Of a stretch of DNA of 64,000 nt, positions 38,501 through 53,500 are shown in pieces. The stretch is from Eledone cirrhosa (Eukaryota). The notes under the pieces were generated by a model. The model saw only the letters and a program-made list of their open reading frames with translations. It was not told where the DNA came from and searched no databases. Position 1 is the stretch's first letter; each line of letters opens with the position of its first letter. Where the stretch lies: positions 14,632,001-14,696,000 of the forward strand of contig OZ024750.1 in assembly GCA_964016885.1 (NCBI GenBank), given 5' to 3'. A program made the position numbers and the translations under genes.

Positions 38501-41500
38501 ATGATGGAGGCCTTATGAACTCTGTGGAGGTGCCAGACCTAGTTGTAAGGTTGTTGGACTTATGATCAGAATGTTGTGGGTTCGATTTCTGGACCAGGTT
38601 CTGTGTTGTGGTCGTTAGCAAAATACTTAATTTCATATTGCTCCAGTATACTCAGCTGAAAATAAGTATCAGTAGCAATAGTTGGGGGTTTAACCCTGCA
38701 ATGGACTAGTGTCCTGTTCAGGGGTGAGTCTTGTACTCTCAGTCGCTTCACGCTATGGAAACTGGAATAAGCACCGGCTTGATGAATCGTGAGTTGGACG
38801 TACCAACTCTCAAATTGATCTCAGAGTCTATGAATCCATCTCTGGAAAAAGAAACGCCAAAATATTCAAAACAGGTCCACTACATCAAGCCTGGTCCCCT
38901 CAACAAATATATTTAACTTTACATAGAGTTCACCTGAAGAGGTGAAAAGATCACTTTAGTCTTCTTCTGGGTAATTGTAAGCCAAAAGAAGAACAAGCAC
39001 TGGGGAAGATCTTGTTCTGAGAGGGCCACAAGATCACAATCATTGGCGTACAACAGATCGTGAATTAACCAAGAAAAATATGTTACTACGAAATAGGCAA
39101 TTATCAAACATTTTGATTGTATTTACTTTTTCAACTTCAGCCCGAGACAAATTGATATCAGCATCTGCCTTTTTGTATGCCTCAATGGCCTTTTCTGCTT
39201 CTCTATATGCTCTCTCATATTGTTTCTTTGTCTGAAAAATACACAGAAAGTAGAAATAATTAGATTAAAATTAATATTAGTAGTAGTAGAAATGATGAGA
39301 GTAAGAGCAGCAGTGGTAGAAATGATGAGAGTTAGAGCAGCAGTGGTAGAAATGATGAGAGTTAGAGCAGCAGTGGTAGAAATGATGAGAGTTAGAGCAG
39401 CAGTGGTAGAAATGATGAGAGTTAGAGTACCAGTGATAGAAATGAGAGATAAAGTTAGTTAGAGTACCAGTGGTAGAAATGATGAGAGATAAAGTTAGTT
39501 AGAGCAGCAGTGGTAGAAATGAGAGATAAAGTTAGTTAGAGTACCAGTGGTAGAAATGATGAGAGATAAAGTTAGTTAGAGCAGCAGTGGTAGAAATGAT
39601 GAGAGATAAAGTTAGTTAGAGCAGCAGTGGTAGAAATGATGAGAGATAAAGTTAGTTAGAGCAGCAGTGGTAGAAATGATGAGAGATAAAGTTAGTTAGA
39701 GTACCAGTGGTAGAAATGATGAGAGATAAAGTTAGTTAGAGCAGCAGTGGTAGAAATGATGAGAGATAAAGTTAGTTAGAGCAGCAGTGGTAGAAATGAG
39801 AGATAAAGTTAGTTAGAGTACCAGTGGTAGAAATGATGAGAGATAAAGTTAGTTAGAGCAGCAGTGGTAGAAATGATGAGAGATAAAGTTAGTTAGAGTA
39901 CCAGTGGTAGAAATGATGAGAGATAAAGTTAGTTAGAGCAGCAGTGGTAGAAATGATGAGAGATAAAGTTAGTTAGAGCAGCAGTGGTAGAAATGAGAGA
40001 TAAAGTTAGTTAGAGCAGCAGTGGTAGAAATGATGAGAGATAAAGTTAGTTAGAGCAGCAGTGGTAGAAATGAGAAATAAAGTTAGTTAGAGCAACAGTG
40101 GTAGAAATGATGAGAGATAAAGTTAGTTAGAGCAGCAGTGGTAGAAATGAGAGATAAAGTTAGTTAGAGTAGCAGTGGTAGAAATGATGAGAGATAAATT
40201 TAGTTAGAGCAACAGTGGTAGAAATGATGAGAGATAAAGTTAGTTAGAGCAGCAGTGGTAGAAATGATTCTAATTTTAAAATATTGCTTCAAGGAAAAAC
40301 TGTGCATGGACTGCTATCTTAAAAGGGAAATTCCATCAGAAACCTGTGAGAGAGATTTATGAGAATTCTTCAATATTAATATTCAGAAATATTAGTTATA
40401 AAAAATAGATTGTGTGAAAAAAATTTGAAGCTAAATAAGACTAAACTGCTGCAGTTTCTGTCATACTAACATATTTAGAGGAGAGGATTCTTAAATAGAA
40501 TTTTACTTAATAATAATTGTTTCTAATTTCGGTACAAATCCAGCAACTTCCTGGTACTTTATTTTATCGACCCTGGAAGGATGAAAGGCAAAGCTAACTG
40601 TGGCAGGATTTGAACTTAGAATGCAGTGAGCCAGAACAAATATAGCTAAGCATTTGTCTGGTGTTATAATGGCTCTGCCAATCCACTTTATTAATTAGTA
40701 ATAATTGTTTCTACTTTAGGTACAAGGCCAGCAATTTTGGGGGAGGGGAAAGTCGATTAAATCGACACCAGTGTGTTACTGGTACTTGATTTTATCAGCC
40801 CTGTTCCTGTAAGGATGAAAGGCAAAGCTAACCTCTGCGGGATTTGAACTCAGGACGCAAAGAGCCGTAACTCTATATCGCGAAACAGGGTGTCTGACGC
40901 TCTACTGATACAGCCAATCCACCTTATTAATTAATAATAATAAAATGTGTCATTTCTTTTCTTTTTTATTAAATAGCAGTATATTTAAAAATACAATATG
41001 CCCACTTTCTCTTTGGGTAGTTGATAAAAGGTTTTATCAAAATAAACAAACTCACCTTATCCAGTTGTTGAGTTGACAAAATAAGGCTTTGTTGTACTTT
41101 AGATCCTTCTTGTAAACCCTAAAAATTACCAAAAAGTGAAAACATTTATTGTTGCGAAAGAAAGTGGAAAGAATGGAAGACATGGAGAATGAAACATAAA
41201 AATCAATGTTTAAACATTTCATCGTTTTGAATGAAATGTATAGATGAATGCTAAACAGACGTCCAAATAACTGTTTGAATATATCCACCGACAATGTTGA
41301 AATCTTTACATATAACTATGTCATCTCAAATGAAGGTAACACAAAAGGCAACACTTTTTATAATGATATGACCAATATATCCTGTTTTAGATGTGGTGAG
41401 ATGGGTAAGGGAGAACATTCTTTAAAACAAAGCACTCCATTTGTTGTTTATTGCAAGGAGATCTGGTGTAAATTAGAGATGTTGAGTAACAGATTAATCT

Positions 41501-44500
41501 GAAGTGAAATCAGGATTTAACTTACATGTTTTAGATGAGCAAAGTTTTAGGAAACCAAACCAAACAAAATGATGATGCTGGTCATCAATGAGACAATGTC
41601 TGATTAAGTAAATGGCTTCTTTTAATTGCAATCGAGGAAGCTAGTTGTTGTGTAATCCTGGTCAGCCATCCTCACTGTGGGACACCATTGTACAATATAT
41701 CCTGTTTTTAAGACAATAAGGTGCAGTTTGAGGGAGATTAATAAATTTGATAAATACTAACCTTTTTCCGTTCTTGTTTTAATTCTACAACAAGTTGTTG
41801 AATTTCTTTGATTATCTGTGTCTGTGTGTTTTCTGCAATTATCTCATGCTGGCCTGCTAAGTCAAAGAGCTCACGCAATATATCAATAAATGCTTTTGTA
41901 GAAGTGAACCTACAAAAAGGAGAAATAAATATTTAACCATTTAGCATTTACATTACTTTTGTATTTTTCTGGTAAAGGCTTTATCTCACATAATATCGAA
42001 TCTACGAGATTTTGATATTATTTATTTTGAGAATAATATCTTAACATCAGTATGAGCAGCCAGTTATGGCCGGTTTGAACAGAAAGAGGTGAGAGAATTC
42101 TGGCCGGATATGGCTAGTTTAAATGCTATAAAGGGTTAGAGAGAGAAAAAAAAAACAAATTGAAATAAGAATGAAGAAAAAGGTTATCCAATACTTTGTA
42201 CAAAATGTAAACTTTGGATTCTCAAAATATATACTCTCTTGTCTCAATTAAGACCCTCAAAAGTCTTCACCAATCGTTTTGTAAATAATCTTTATAATTC
42301 AATCACAAGCATGAAAATTCTAACAAAAAATATGTACTTTTTAATCACATCCACAAAAGTATTTTTGATAATTGCATAGAAAAAAACTTCAAAGCTGCCT
42401 TAATGAATGCAACACAAGGATATTTGCAGTTATAGAAGCTTTGCCACTTTACAACAAGTATTTTTAGAATTAAAAAATTTTTCTTATATTTGTGAACTTG
42501 TTAATATAAACTACTTGAACCGTATTGCCAAATGTTACATTTTAGAAAACAATATTCCTAACAAACTGTCAGGTGTCTGTTCTACACTATATCTATTTGG
42601 AGGTGTTTTCTCAGATGATATACAATCTGTATGCTGCAAGCATTGCTTCTTGCAATTCATCTTTCTCTTCTCTGACTTTTATACTTACACCTTATCAGCA
42701 TTCTATGGTACATCAACAGAAAGCAATCTCATACTTGCATTCTTGAAAAATAAACATAGAAGTTTTTAAACACTTCTGTTCTAAGTAGATTACATATATT
42801 TTAAGACATTTCTTATAAATGCTCCATTTGTGTTAGTTATAAATACTTAAGTTGATTTTCAATAATTTTGAACATTTTTACCATCAGAACAAATTCTAAA
42901 AGCTGTCTTAAAGTGGTTGGTTTAGATATAAGAAAGTCCCAAGAAATCGTTCATACATTGATTAAAATATTGTTAATGAAGATTTTAAAAGTAATACAAT
43001 ACAAAATGTTAATAAAATATATATACATACTACCAAGTTTTAGAATTATTACAAATTAGAGTACCCAGTCTGGAAGTACCTCTAAATACCAAAACCTGGT
43101 GATGGGCCTGCTTTCCCCAAATGAGAGTACCTAGCCATAAAGTCTGAAAGTACCTCTAAATACCAAAACCTGTTGAAGGGCCAGTTTTCCCCAAATGACC
43201 TCTTTTCTCTTTTCTAACTACACATTGTGTTTTCCCTATCTTAACCTGCTTCTTGTATTGTGTGTACATTCTTTGATGCATATGTGTATATATTAATTAT
43301 ACATAGGTGTGTATGCATATATTTATTCTATATAGGTATGTCTGCATATATTTATTTATACCTAGACTTCTGTCAGTAGCCCTGCTTGTGTCTTAAACAT
43401 GTAACTGCTATCTTGTATCTTAATCCTTTTAATTTCTACCATTTTGTGCGATGTGTTGTGCTGATTGTGCACATATATGATCAGAGACGTTCCATGTGCA
43501 CAGTCCTCTTTCTCCATTCCTCGCAGTCATTGTTTACCTAGGACTACATTATCCATGACCTTCTATCATTAAGGCAATAAGTGTGATTTAAATGGATAAG
43601 CTACTATTTCTAACAGTTAGAGTGACTATACAGAGACTCACACATTGCATAGACATATATAATCTTCTAACTTTTTCCTCCCCTCCTCCTCCTCCTCTTC
43701 CTATATTTTCTTTCCTCCATCTCTCTGGTCAATGGCATGTTGCCACCAACATAATGGCTGATCAGTTTTCATTCACCCACTTTTTTCCTTATATCCTTCA
43801 ACTTCATTTACAACATTTCAGCAATTCTTGTTTCTTCAAGAAAACAGTTCTACCTCAAATATCAGAATTCAGTCCTCGCAGCACACAAACATCATCATCG
43901 TGATCATGATTTTTATGTTGACTTTTCCATGGGTTAGATGGGACTTTTAGAAGCAATGTTTAACAACCAGATGCTCTTCATTACACTAACCCCTTTACTT
44001 GCTTTTTAGGACACACAGAGATATGGTGTACCAATTCTAAACTGGATATATTTTTTTTAAATATCCAGAGATTTGACATCACATTTTCCCATGTCATCTT
44101 TTATCCTTTCACTAATTCATATCACAAATATTGACTACCTCACATATTGTTATATGACATAGAGACATCATTAGTTCTATGACATGTCATAGAGATATCA
44201 ATAGTTATATGAGATACATCATTAGCTCTATGACATGTCATAGTTATCAATAGTTATATAACAAGGCACAAACCCAAACTACATTGTTTAACCATATCCT
44301 AATATAACTTTTTAGAACTCTCTCACTACTTACAAAAACTGTCCATTAGTTTTAAAATTCTGTAACTGTATGTGTCTAGTGCACCTTATTTGTTCAAGTA
44401 GTATTTTTAATGTATATATAACTTCTTTCATCCTCTCTCCCTCCATCTCTCTCTCTCTCTCTCTCTTTCAGTAACTAGATCTTTAAAGCATACATATGAA

Positions 44501-47500
44501 AAGCAAGGTCCTTTCATTTTTATACTACTTTAAAAAAGTATCTTTGTTAAGAAATGTTTTTTATCTAATTATAATAATTGTCTTAACATTTTATTTGACA
44601 TGAGTGGGTTAGATTAGTATCACAGCATGTAATAGGTCTTATTTTGTGTCTCTTCCTTAACAAATCATGTTAGGTGCTATAGCTGACAAAATTATTTTGC
44701 CAGAATTAAGTATTATATGTCTCACTCTCTATTTTTCTTCATACTTCACGTTTGTATATATGCCATGTATATGTAAATAAGCGTGTATATATATTGAACC
44801 TAATACCTAACACCTTTCGTAACTGTACTCCTTGTTGTTATTTACTTTTCCAATATATATGTATATATGTGTGTGTGTGAGAAGAAACAAGGCATTGTGG
44901 TTAGGATATTGGACTCACAATCATTAGGTGATTGCTTTTTATATGACTAAGACTAGGACTCCTCTCATTAAAACACCCAAGAAACCTCCTAGATGTAACC
45001 TTGTAGGCAGCCAGCTAAACTTGCATAAATATGAGCTGTATATACAGTGCTAGTGCCATAATAAAATGTACCCAGCCAACACTATATTAGTAATGTTGGT
45101 GCTATGATAAAATGTACCCAGTACAGGCCATGGTGTGGTTGTGTGTTAGGGAAGACATCCAGCTGCAGAAACCATGCCAAAATGGAACTATGAGCCAGAG
45201 GCAGTCATCTGGCATATCTGACCTCAGAACGTGACAACCCATCTAACCTATGTAAACTTGAGAATAAACAAAAACTGTGATAGTGATAATTATACATATG
45301 TATATATATATGAGTGTGAGTGTGTGTCTGTGAATGTATGCATGTGTAGGTGTGTACATACATCATCTCCCTCTACTAAACATTCAGTAAATTCAATTTA
45401 TACACTACACTTACCTGGGGAACTTACTGACACATCACTCCTCACCCCAAACACCCCTCTATATATATCTGTTTATGTAGTGTTTACCTCAACAATGGAC
45501 CATTAAATTCCTTAACACTAGCCACACCTCTTACAACTAATTACTTAACCTCTGCCCTTCTGCCACAAAACACCCGTCCTTGACATTACTGAACATAAAA
45601 AAAACTCTGTTGATAGTTTTTATTTTTTCATCACATTCTTTCGACTATCTTCTCATTCCTCTCAACATTTACTTGGCATATATTATTTACTGTAACACCA
45701 ACCTATTTAAACTTTGTTCTTCTGCTCCAAATATTAAACATAACTTCATTTTATCCTTCAATCTTCCTATACTACTCTCTCTCTCTCTCTCTACCAAACA
45801 CTACTTCATCTATTTCATAATCCTATTTTTCTCCTGACAACAAGCTTTATTAATTCAAATACTTTTTATAAGCATTTTTATATATTTATATTTCAATTTT
45901 TAATTCTAAAAAAATTTGTTAGATTATGCTATTTTACTTTTTCATAGACAATCACATCCTTTCATATTCGAAGCAAACTGTCTCCAATACTTTTTTTACT
46001 ACACCTATCTCCCCCATGTGTTCATCCCTCCCACTCCTGCATTCACACTTCCTTTAACGTCAAATACCTCTGTCACATCCCTTTCCACCTATGCCACTCT
46101 CACCTTTCCTACTTCACTCCTACCATACTCTACACAGCATTTTTCTCCCCAACCTATCCTAACCAATATATATAGACTGAATCAACAACACCTCATTACT
46201 TCTCTGAAGAGGCTTAACAAACACTCTTTTTCTTCGCCCCCTTATCCCTGGAATGGTTGGGGAGGGGGGAGTCCTTTAACACTCCTTCCAGCAGATCCTG
46301 TCAGAAGCAACCGTCTTCAATTGATCCGGCTGGATCCCCAAGCAAGACCAGCCAAGCTCATGGATGTTATCCAACCATCTTGCTCAGGGTTTACCTCTGG
46401 GTCTCCTGCCGGTTGGTTTTGCCCGTAAAATCTGTGCAGCGATTCTTTCCATATGCCCATATTGGGGCTGTGATTTCTCAATTAGGAGAAGTAGTGGCTC
46501 TACCTGGAGCAACTCTCTGATCTCCTAGCTACGAACTCTATCGAGTAACATTACTCCAATAACCCTTCATTTTATTAAAATATCAAAGCTCAACTATCAG
46601 AAAATGAATCATTTCAAGTCCATTTTTCCATGCTTGGGTGGGTGGTGGATATCACACTGTTTTCACTTCGGAGGGGAATATTACACTGGTTTTACTTTGG
46701 AGGTGGATATCACAATGGTTTTACTTTGGAGGTGAATATTACACTGGTTTTACTTTGGTGAGGTGAAATGGGTTTTTCCTATTGTTTTTTATCTGTTTTG
46801 AATGAATATGGCCTTCAAAATGGTTGGAAATTGGTAAAAAAATCATTACGTAATGAAGTTGTGAAACAAAAACTATACTCTAAACGACACTTTAACGATA
46901 TTAGATATCAAAATATTAAAACTCCATAAATATATTTTCCATTCATAAGAATTTCAAAACCGCAACATCAAAATATAATGTTTTGGTTACCTGCCTAGGC
47001 TTATATTCAAATATATACGATAAGTTATAAATTGCTGAATATATCCCCATCATTATTTAACTGCTATTTTCTCTACATGTGTGTGTGTGTGTGTGTAATT
47101 AGAATGGAAAAATACTACGATGAAACAAAATGTTTGCCATTAATAGAGCAGATTGGAAACTTAGACTAATCAAAGAAGCAGTATATATGACACTTGCTGA
47201 TAACTCAATCAGTAAGTGTCATATATAGTGACAGAAGCTCAATATGGCTGCCATTACTGAACTGTAAAAAATATAAACAACTTAAAACGTCAATAATTGT
47301 TTCTATTTTAGGCACAAGGCCAGCAATTACCCAGTACATTACTGGTACTTTATTTTATCGACCCCGTAAGGATGAAAGGCAAAGTTAACCTCGGCGGGAT
47401 TTGAAGACTGAATGTGCGTATCAGTGACCTAGTTTAGAAATAAAGGTTTCTAGTTCAAATCCAGTCTTGTTCTATATACACTGCCATAAATACGACAGAA

Positions 47501-50500
47501 TAACAACCAGAGAATAAAGTGATTGAAATGTAGAGTGGATATAAACATTTGTCTTGTCTCTAAAGATAAGGTTAATGCTAACAAAAAATTATAATCATAA
47601 AACCAAACAAGTTTGTTAATAAGCTCTCTATAGATATAGATCTGCTCAAAGAAAAGTTGCTAGCAGTGGATTTATCATCATCATCATTAAATACCCAATT
47701 TTTCCATGCTACCATGGGTTAGACAAGTTGTCCCATTGTGGGATAAATCAGATTAGATGACTATGTCTGGATGCCCTTCCTAATGCCAATTACATTTACA
47801 GTATAGACTAGGTGCTTTTTATTGTGACCTACACAACCACTTTACAGTGTTGACTGGGCACTTTTTATCGTGGCACCAAGACAACCACCTTTCAGGGTGG
47901 GCTGGGTGCTCTTTCACTAGCAAGAGCACCTTACATGGTTGACAAGAGCTTTTGTTGTGTCACCAGCATAACCACATGACAGGGTGGAAGTAAGGTAACT
48001 GATAATGGACTTGTTAAAGTCACTATTCCTTTTGAATAACGAATTGATTGATGACAGCATTTTAATGTTCATTAAAAATATAGTATAGTCAATCAGGTAA
48101 TATAGCTTATATATATTTTCCCAAACACCCTATCCCCCACTCCCATAGGGTAGAAAAGGCTCTTCAGTTGAGTCAATGACTGACAACCTCCCTAGTGTTA
48201 GCGCCACGATAAAACGTACCCAGTACGGTGGTTGGTGATAGGAAAAACATCCAGCTGTAGAAACCTTGCCAAACAAAGGGCAGAGAGGACTCTCCAGTTG
48301 TATCAAGGATGATTTTCTTTGTGCTGATGCCATGATAAAATACATGATAAATTCTGTAGAGTACTGTTCTTGGCAGGGTTTTTCTGGCTGGATGCCCTTC
48401 CTATGACCAACCACCTCACAGTGTGAATTGGGTGTATTATTCATGCCATCAACACTAGCGAGGTTGTTTTACTGGACTCAAGGGTCCTCTACCCACTGTG
48501 TAAGTTTATATTTGGAGTATTTGCTCTGCTAGATGGGTTGCCTTCACTACAGTTTACAGGGCTCACATCTACCTCATGCAGTAGTCTTTAATCAGAGTTA
48601 CTGCCCTCCTAGATGGGTTGCCTTCACTATGGCTTACGGGGACACTGTAAGAGTGTGGGCACATATATGTGAGATGAGGCCCTGGCTCATTTGAGAGATG
48701 GTGGCTCCAATTAGGCACTGACTTGGTCTGTGACAACCTGTCTAGCTCTTGCTGGCATGGAAAACAGACATTAAATGAATAATCACACATATAGCAATAC
48801 AATTTCTTTCAGATATTTGTGGTTGTAATTTCAGTCTGAACTACATCCATATATTGGCAACACGTATTCTTTTGCTGGTGGGGTGTAACCATGCTGAAGC
48901 ATTGATACATGTAGAGAAATTTTCTGCTTTGTTTTCCTCATTTAACTTTTGCTTTTATTGGGTCAAATATTTATTGATTATGATGCAAAAGGTGTCCTTA
49001 TCAATCATGATCATATTACTTTAATGTTTTATATTGATGATAAAGTCTGATAAAAATATATTGTAAAAAGAAAGAAAAAGATATCAACATTCATATCTGT
49101 TTTATCTCATTGCAGTAAAATAAATTAAATTGACATTTTGATTCTTATTTTCAAGGATTTGGGGAAAAGCTTCAAAAACACTCGGAGAGAAATTAGACAC
49201 GATAATTACATTATATTTATATATTTATATATATACATATTTGTTAACCATATGAACAAGATCTGTCTAGTCTCTGAACATGAACAAACCATCTAACTCT
49301 TGCAAACATGGAAAATAGATGTAAAATGGTGGAGATGATGATGATGATAATACTCAAGATTATTTTTAGAGTTCAGAGTCTGCAGAGCTAGACAAAAAAA
49401 CATGTATGGCCTATTAACCAATCTGACTAAATATGAGTAGGTACAAAAAGAAAATGTAGAGATTTGAATTCCAAGTACATAAAACTGAAACAGACAGCAA
49501 TTAAAGAACATTAAGAATTAATTAATGACCTGAAAAGCTAAGGTCAAATATCCATTGAGCAGGCCAGATCTCTTAAATTGGTGGCAATGAATTTAAAACA
49601 TCTTTAAAGTGTTAATAGGAGTTAACTTCCAATAGAATTTTTTTTATGACAGACTTCAAACCATAATGCTATGTTAAGAGAAAGCTACCTAATTTGAATG
49701 AAATTGAGAAGATAAAAAAATAGTATACAGTTATCAATGATGGAAGTGTTGGCACTATTAACTCCATTTAAATATGCTATACCCCAACCAACACTCACAC
49801 TTTGCTTATAACAGCCTATTAGAATTCTCTCAAAATTATCAGTTTTTAAACTAAAAACCTGGAACAACATTATTTAAATCTTGTTTATTAAATTTAGTTT
49901 ACATATTCTATAAAAATACCACATCATGAAATATATACATTTTCTAAATTTCCACAGATGAACGTGATTTCTCTGCAATTTAAATGACCTTTGGCAAAAA
50001 GCAAGAGCGAGTAATTGTAAAAAACAGGATATAGTAAGTAGTGTTGGTAAATATTAGAAGTGAGAGGAACTTATAACAGGAAGGATACAGATATTTTCTT
50101 TTCTTAAACACCCACACTAAGCCTTAAGTGTTTATATCTTATATTTATACAGCAAGAGAAATAAAAATACCAATGACACTTACTGACATTCGTCTTCATC
50201 TTTCTTTTTTGGTTGATAATTTTTGACCAATTTCCTGGGTAGAAAAAAAAGAAAAAAATTAGATAAATAAAAATCCAAAATATATCTATTTACTTATTAA
50301 ATTTATGTTTAAAAGCTACTTTGAAATGCAAAAGAAAAAAAAAATTCTTTTAAATTTATGTATATAAAAAAAAAAGATATTCTAAATTTTTCAATAAGCC
50401 ATTTCAAGAAGCTACTTTCTCAAACTCCTTTAACCCTTTAATATTTACATTTCTCTATATTTACTATCATATTTTCGCGGCAAAGGTTTTATCTCAAATA

Positions 50501-53500
50501 ATATCTCACATAATATCGAATCTATGAGATTTTGATAATATTTATTTTGAGAACAATACCTTAACATAAGTAGCAAGTTACAGCCAGTTTGAACAAAAAG
50601 GTGAGAGAATTCTGGCCAGATACAGCCGGTTTAAATGCTAAAGGGTTAAAGTATTTTTGGAATTTTAGGAGAAATTGAACAAATGATAATCTTAACCTTT
50701 TCTATAAATTTAAACAGAAAATTGTTCTTCATACAAGAATCTATGCAAAATATGAGAACAAATGCGAATGAGTTATCAAGGTTTATTCAGTATTAGTCTG
50801 TTTGTTCTAAGCCGAAGGCTGATCTGGCTGGTGCTTATTCTAGGTTTCCTTTGTGTTAAATGACAGAGTACAAGACTCTCTGTGGATAGGATGTCAGTCT
50901 ATTTCTACTGAGGGTACTAACTCAGTGTACTGGAAAAATGTGAATTAAAGTGTTAGACTTATATATTAATAAATTAGTTGTAGCTTTTATATCATATTTT
51001 GTGAAATAAATAAATATCACTCGCTCTGATCGATCGACAAGATCCCGGACCTCATTTGCTTGCCGAGTAGGGTGAACCTCATCAAATCGGACCAAGGAAA
51101 CTTTTGTTTCCATTGGTCTTTCCATTGCTGATACTATCTACCGATCACAACTCCTGGCAGAAAGAGCAATGTGAAATAAAGTGTCTTGCATCACAATGCA
51201 TCACTCAGTCCGAGATTTGAACTAAAATCTCATGATTGCGAATCCAACTTTCTAACCACTAAGCCATGGGCCTTTTATAAATTTCCTGTGTTAATATAAA
51301 AAATCAAGAATGAAAATTCAAGATGACTAAATATCATTAAAATTTAATTACTAATTATGATAAACATTTGCAAAGAATAAAAATTTAAATGGTGTCATGT
51401 GCGACAGATAAACTAGATAAATATTATAAAGATAAGTAACCACAGAAGAGGAGACACGTGCTTAGTGGTAAGTGTGTTAGATTTATGATATAACATCATC
51501 ATCATCATCGTTTAACGTCCATCTTCCACGCTTGCATGGGTTTGGACGGGAGTTTTCCCACTTGAGTGGTTGTCTTGCTCGCATAGGACTGTCTGGCGGG
51601 TTTTCTATGGCTGGATGCCCTTCCTAACACCAACCACGTTTACAGTGTGGACTGGGAGGTTTTTACCGTGTTACCTACATGGCCACATTACAGCGTGAAC
51701 TGTGTGTTTTTTTTGTCGTGACACCTACACGACCTCATTTGTTTCGGACTGGATGTTGTGGTACCAACATAACTTTACATTGAAAGGGGTGGTGTGGATG
51801 GGGTGGGGGTAGTGGGACGGGGGTGTATTTTGTTAGAGGTGCCTACTGACTGTAGTAGGTTTCACTTTGTACTTAGGTAAGGCGGGTCTTCTGTATTACT
51901 GTGTAGCGCCAAAGATCTCGGTCCAGTGACATTGTCTTGGAGAGGTGTAAGTGTGTGAGGTCGGAATTTATCAAGTCGTCCCAGGTTTTTCTGGGTCTGC
52001 CTACTCCATGGCTACCGTCTATTTTTATTGCCCTGCACTTTTTTATACAGCTGTCGTCTTTCATGCGCATCACGTGACCATACCAACGAAGTCTTCTCTC
52101 GAGTAAACAACATCTGATCCCTCTTATTTCTAATTTTTTCCTTAGTTCGTTTATGCTTTGCCGTTCACGTATATTACTATTTCACATCCAGCGGAGCATG
52201 CAAGCTTCGTTCCTCTCCAGTCTGCGTATATCCTCTGCACACAATGCCCATGTCTCACTGCCATGAAACATTGCTGTTCGTATGCAGGCATCATATAGCC
52301 TGCCTTTCATTTTTAGAGAGAACCCTTTAGTGGCTAATAGTGGTATAAGCTCTCTGAACTTTTTCCATCCAGTTCTGACTCTAGCTACTGTACTTTCAGA
52401 GCACCCTCCACCACTGCTGATTTTGTCACCCAAGTAACGGAAGGTGTCCACTATTTCTATAGAACCATCTGTGCAATGGAAGGAGCTAGTATTCTGTGGG
52501 CATTTGCTGCTACTTATTGCACCAGAGCACCGGCCACATATAAAATCTATGTTCTTAGTTAGCTTACCTGTGATCCCACTACATCTTTTATGCACCCATA
52601 CTTTGCATTTGGGACATAAAATGGAGTTTCTACCTACTCCTTTCCTACACACTGAGCATGGCCATTTCCCGGATGGGACCAGTGCCCTATTCTCCTTCCT
52701 ACAAACTAGAACTTTAGTCTAGACATGTGGGTTTTATTCTTGGATTGGCTTGTATGTTGTGTCTTGAGCACATTTCACATTGCTCCAGTATACTCAGCTG
52801 AAAATGAGTACCAGCAGTAGCTGGGAGCTTTGTACTCAGTCACTTCATGCCACAGAAACCAGAATAAGCACCGGCCTGATGAGCCATCAGGCTCGTGACA
52901 GACTTAAGAAGTAACCACAAATAAAAGATAAGCAATTGAATTATATATACTGATATCTTGAATAAAGTTAATATGTTCTACTTTTTTAATTTGCTCTCAG
53001 AAACTTTATCAAAAGATAAAACAGTTTTTATGGAAGATAAACGTTAATTGATGATGATGATTTATTTAAAATACAGTAAACACCCCTACATATATATTTA
53101 AAAAAAGCATTTGAATAAAATTACTGTACACACTCGAATATAAGTCAGCCCTCCTATTTTATGTCTGCGAAATAGGCAAAATCTAAACCGCATGTATAAA
53201 CTGAAGCAGCTAATTAAAACAATGTTTAGATGGCATGATTTAGAAATTCTATGAATGGCGAATATATTTATGAAGTTTTGATATTATGATATTCAAAATG
53301 TTTTAAGTGTCTAGTTTAGAGTATAGTTTCTGTTTCACAACAGGGAAAGCAGACGTTAAAACGACATTTATGTAATGATTTTTTTTTATCAATTTCTGAC
53401 TGTTTTGAAGGCCATATTCATTCAAAACACAAAAAAAAAACAATAGGAAAAACAAATTTCATCTTCAAAGTGAAACCAGTGTAATATCCACCTCCAACGT

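Noticed and set aside
45916-46520. 170-aa and 87-aa ORFs
   Set aside because: Low-complexity C/T-rich sequence running into the antisense strand of an RTE fragment
52872-52895. CTGATGA hammerhead-like motif (also at 17703, 38934 and 46203)
   Set aside because: No stem II followed by GAAA and no NUH/stem I; core heptamer only
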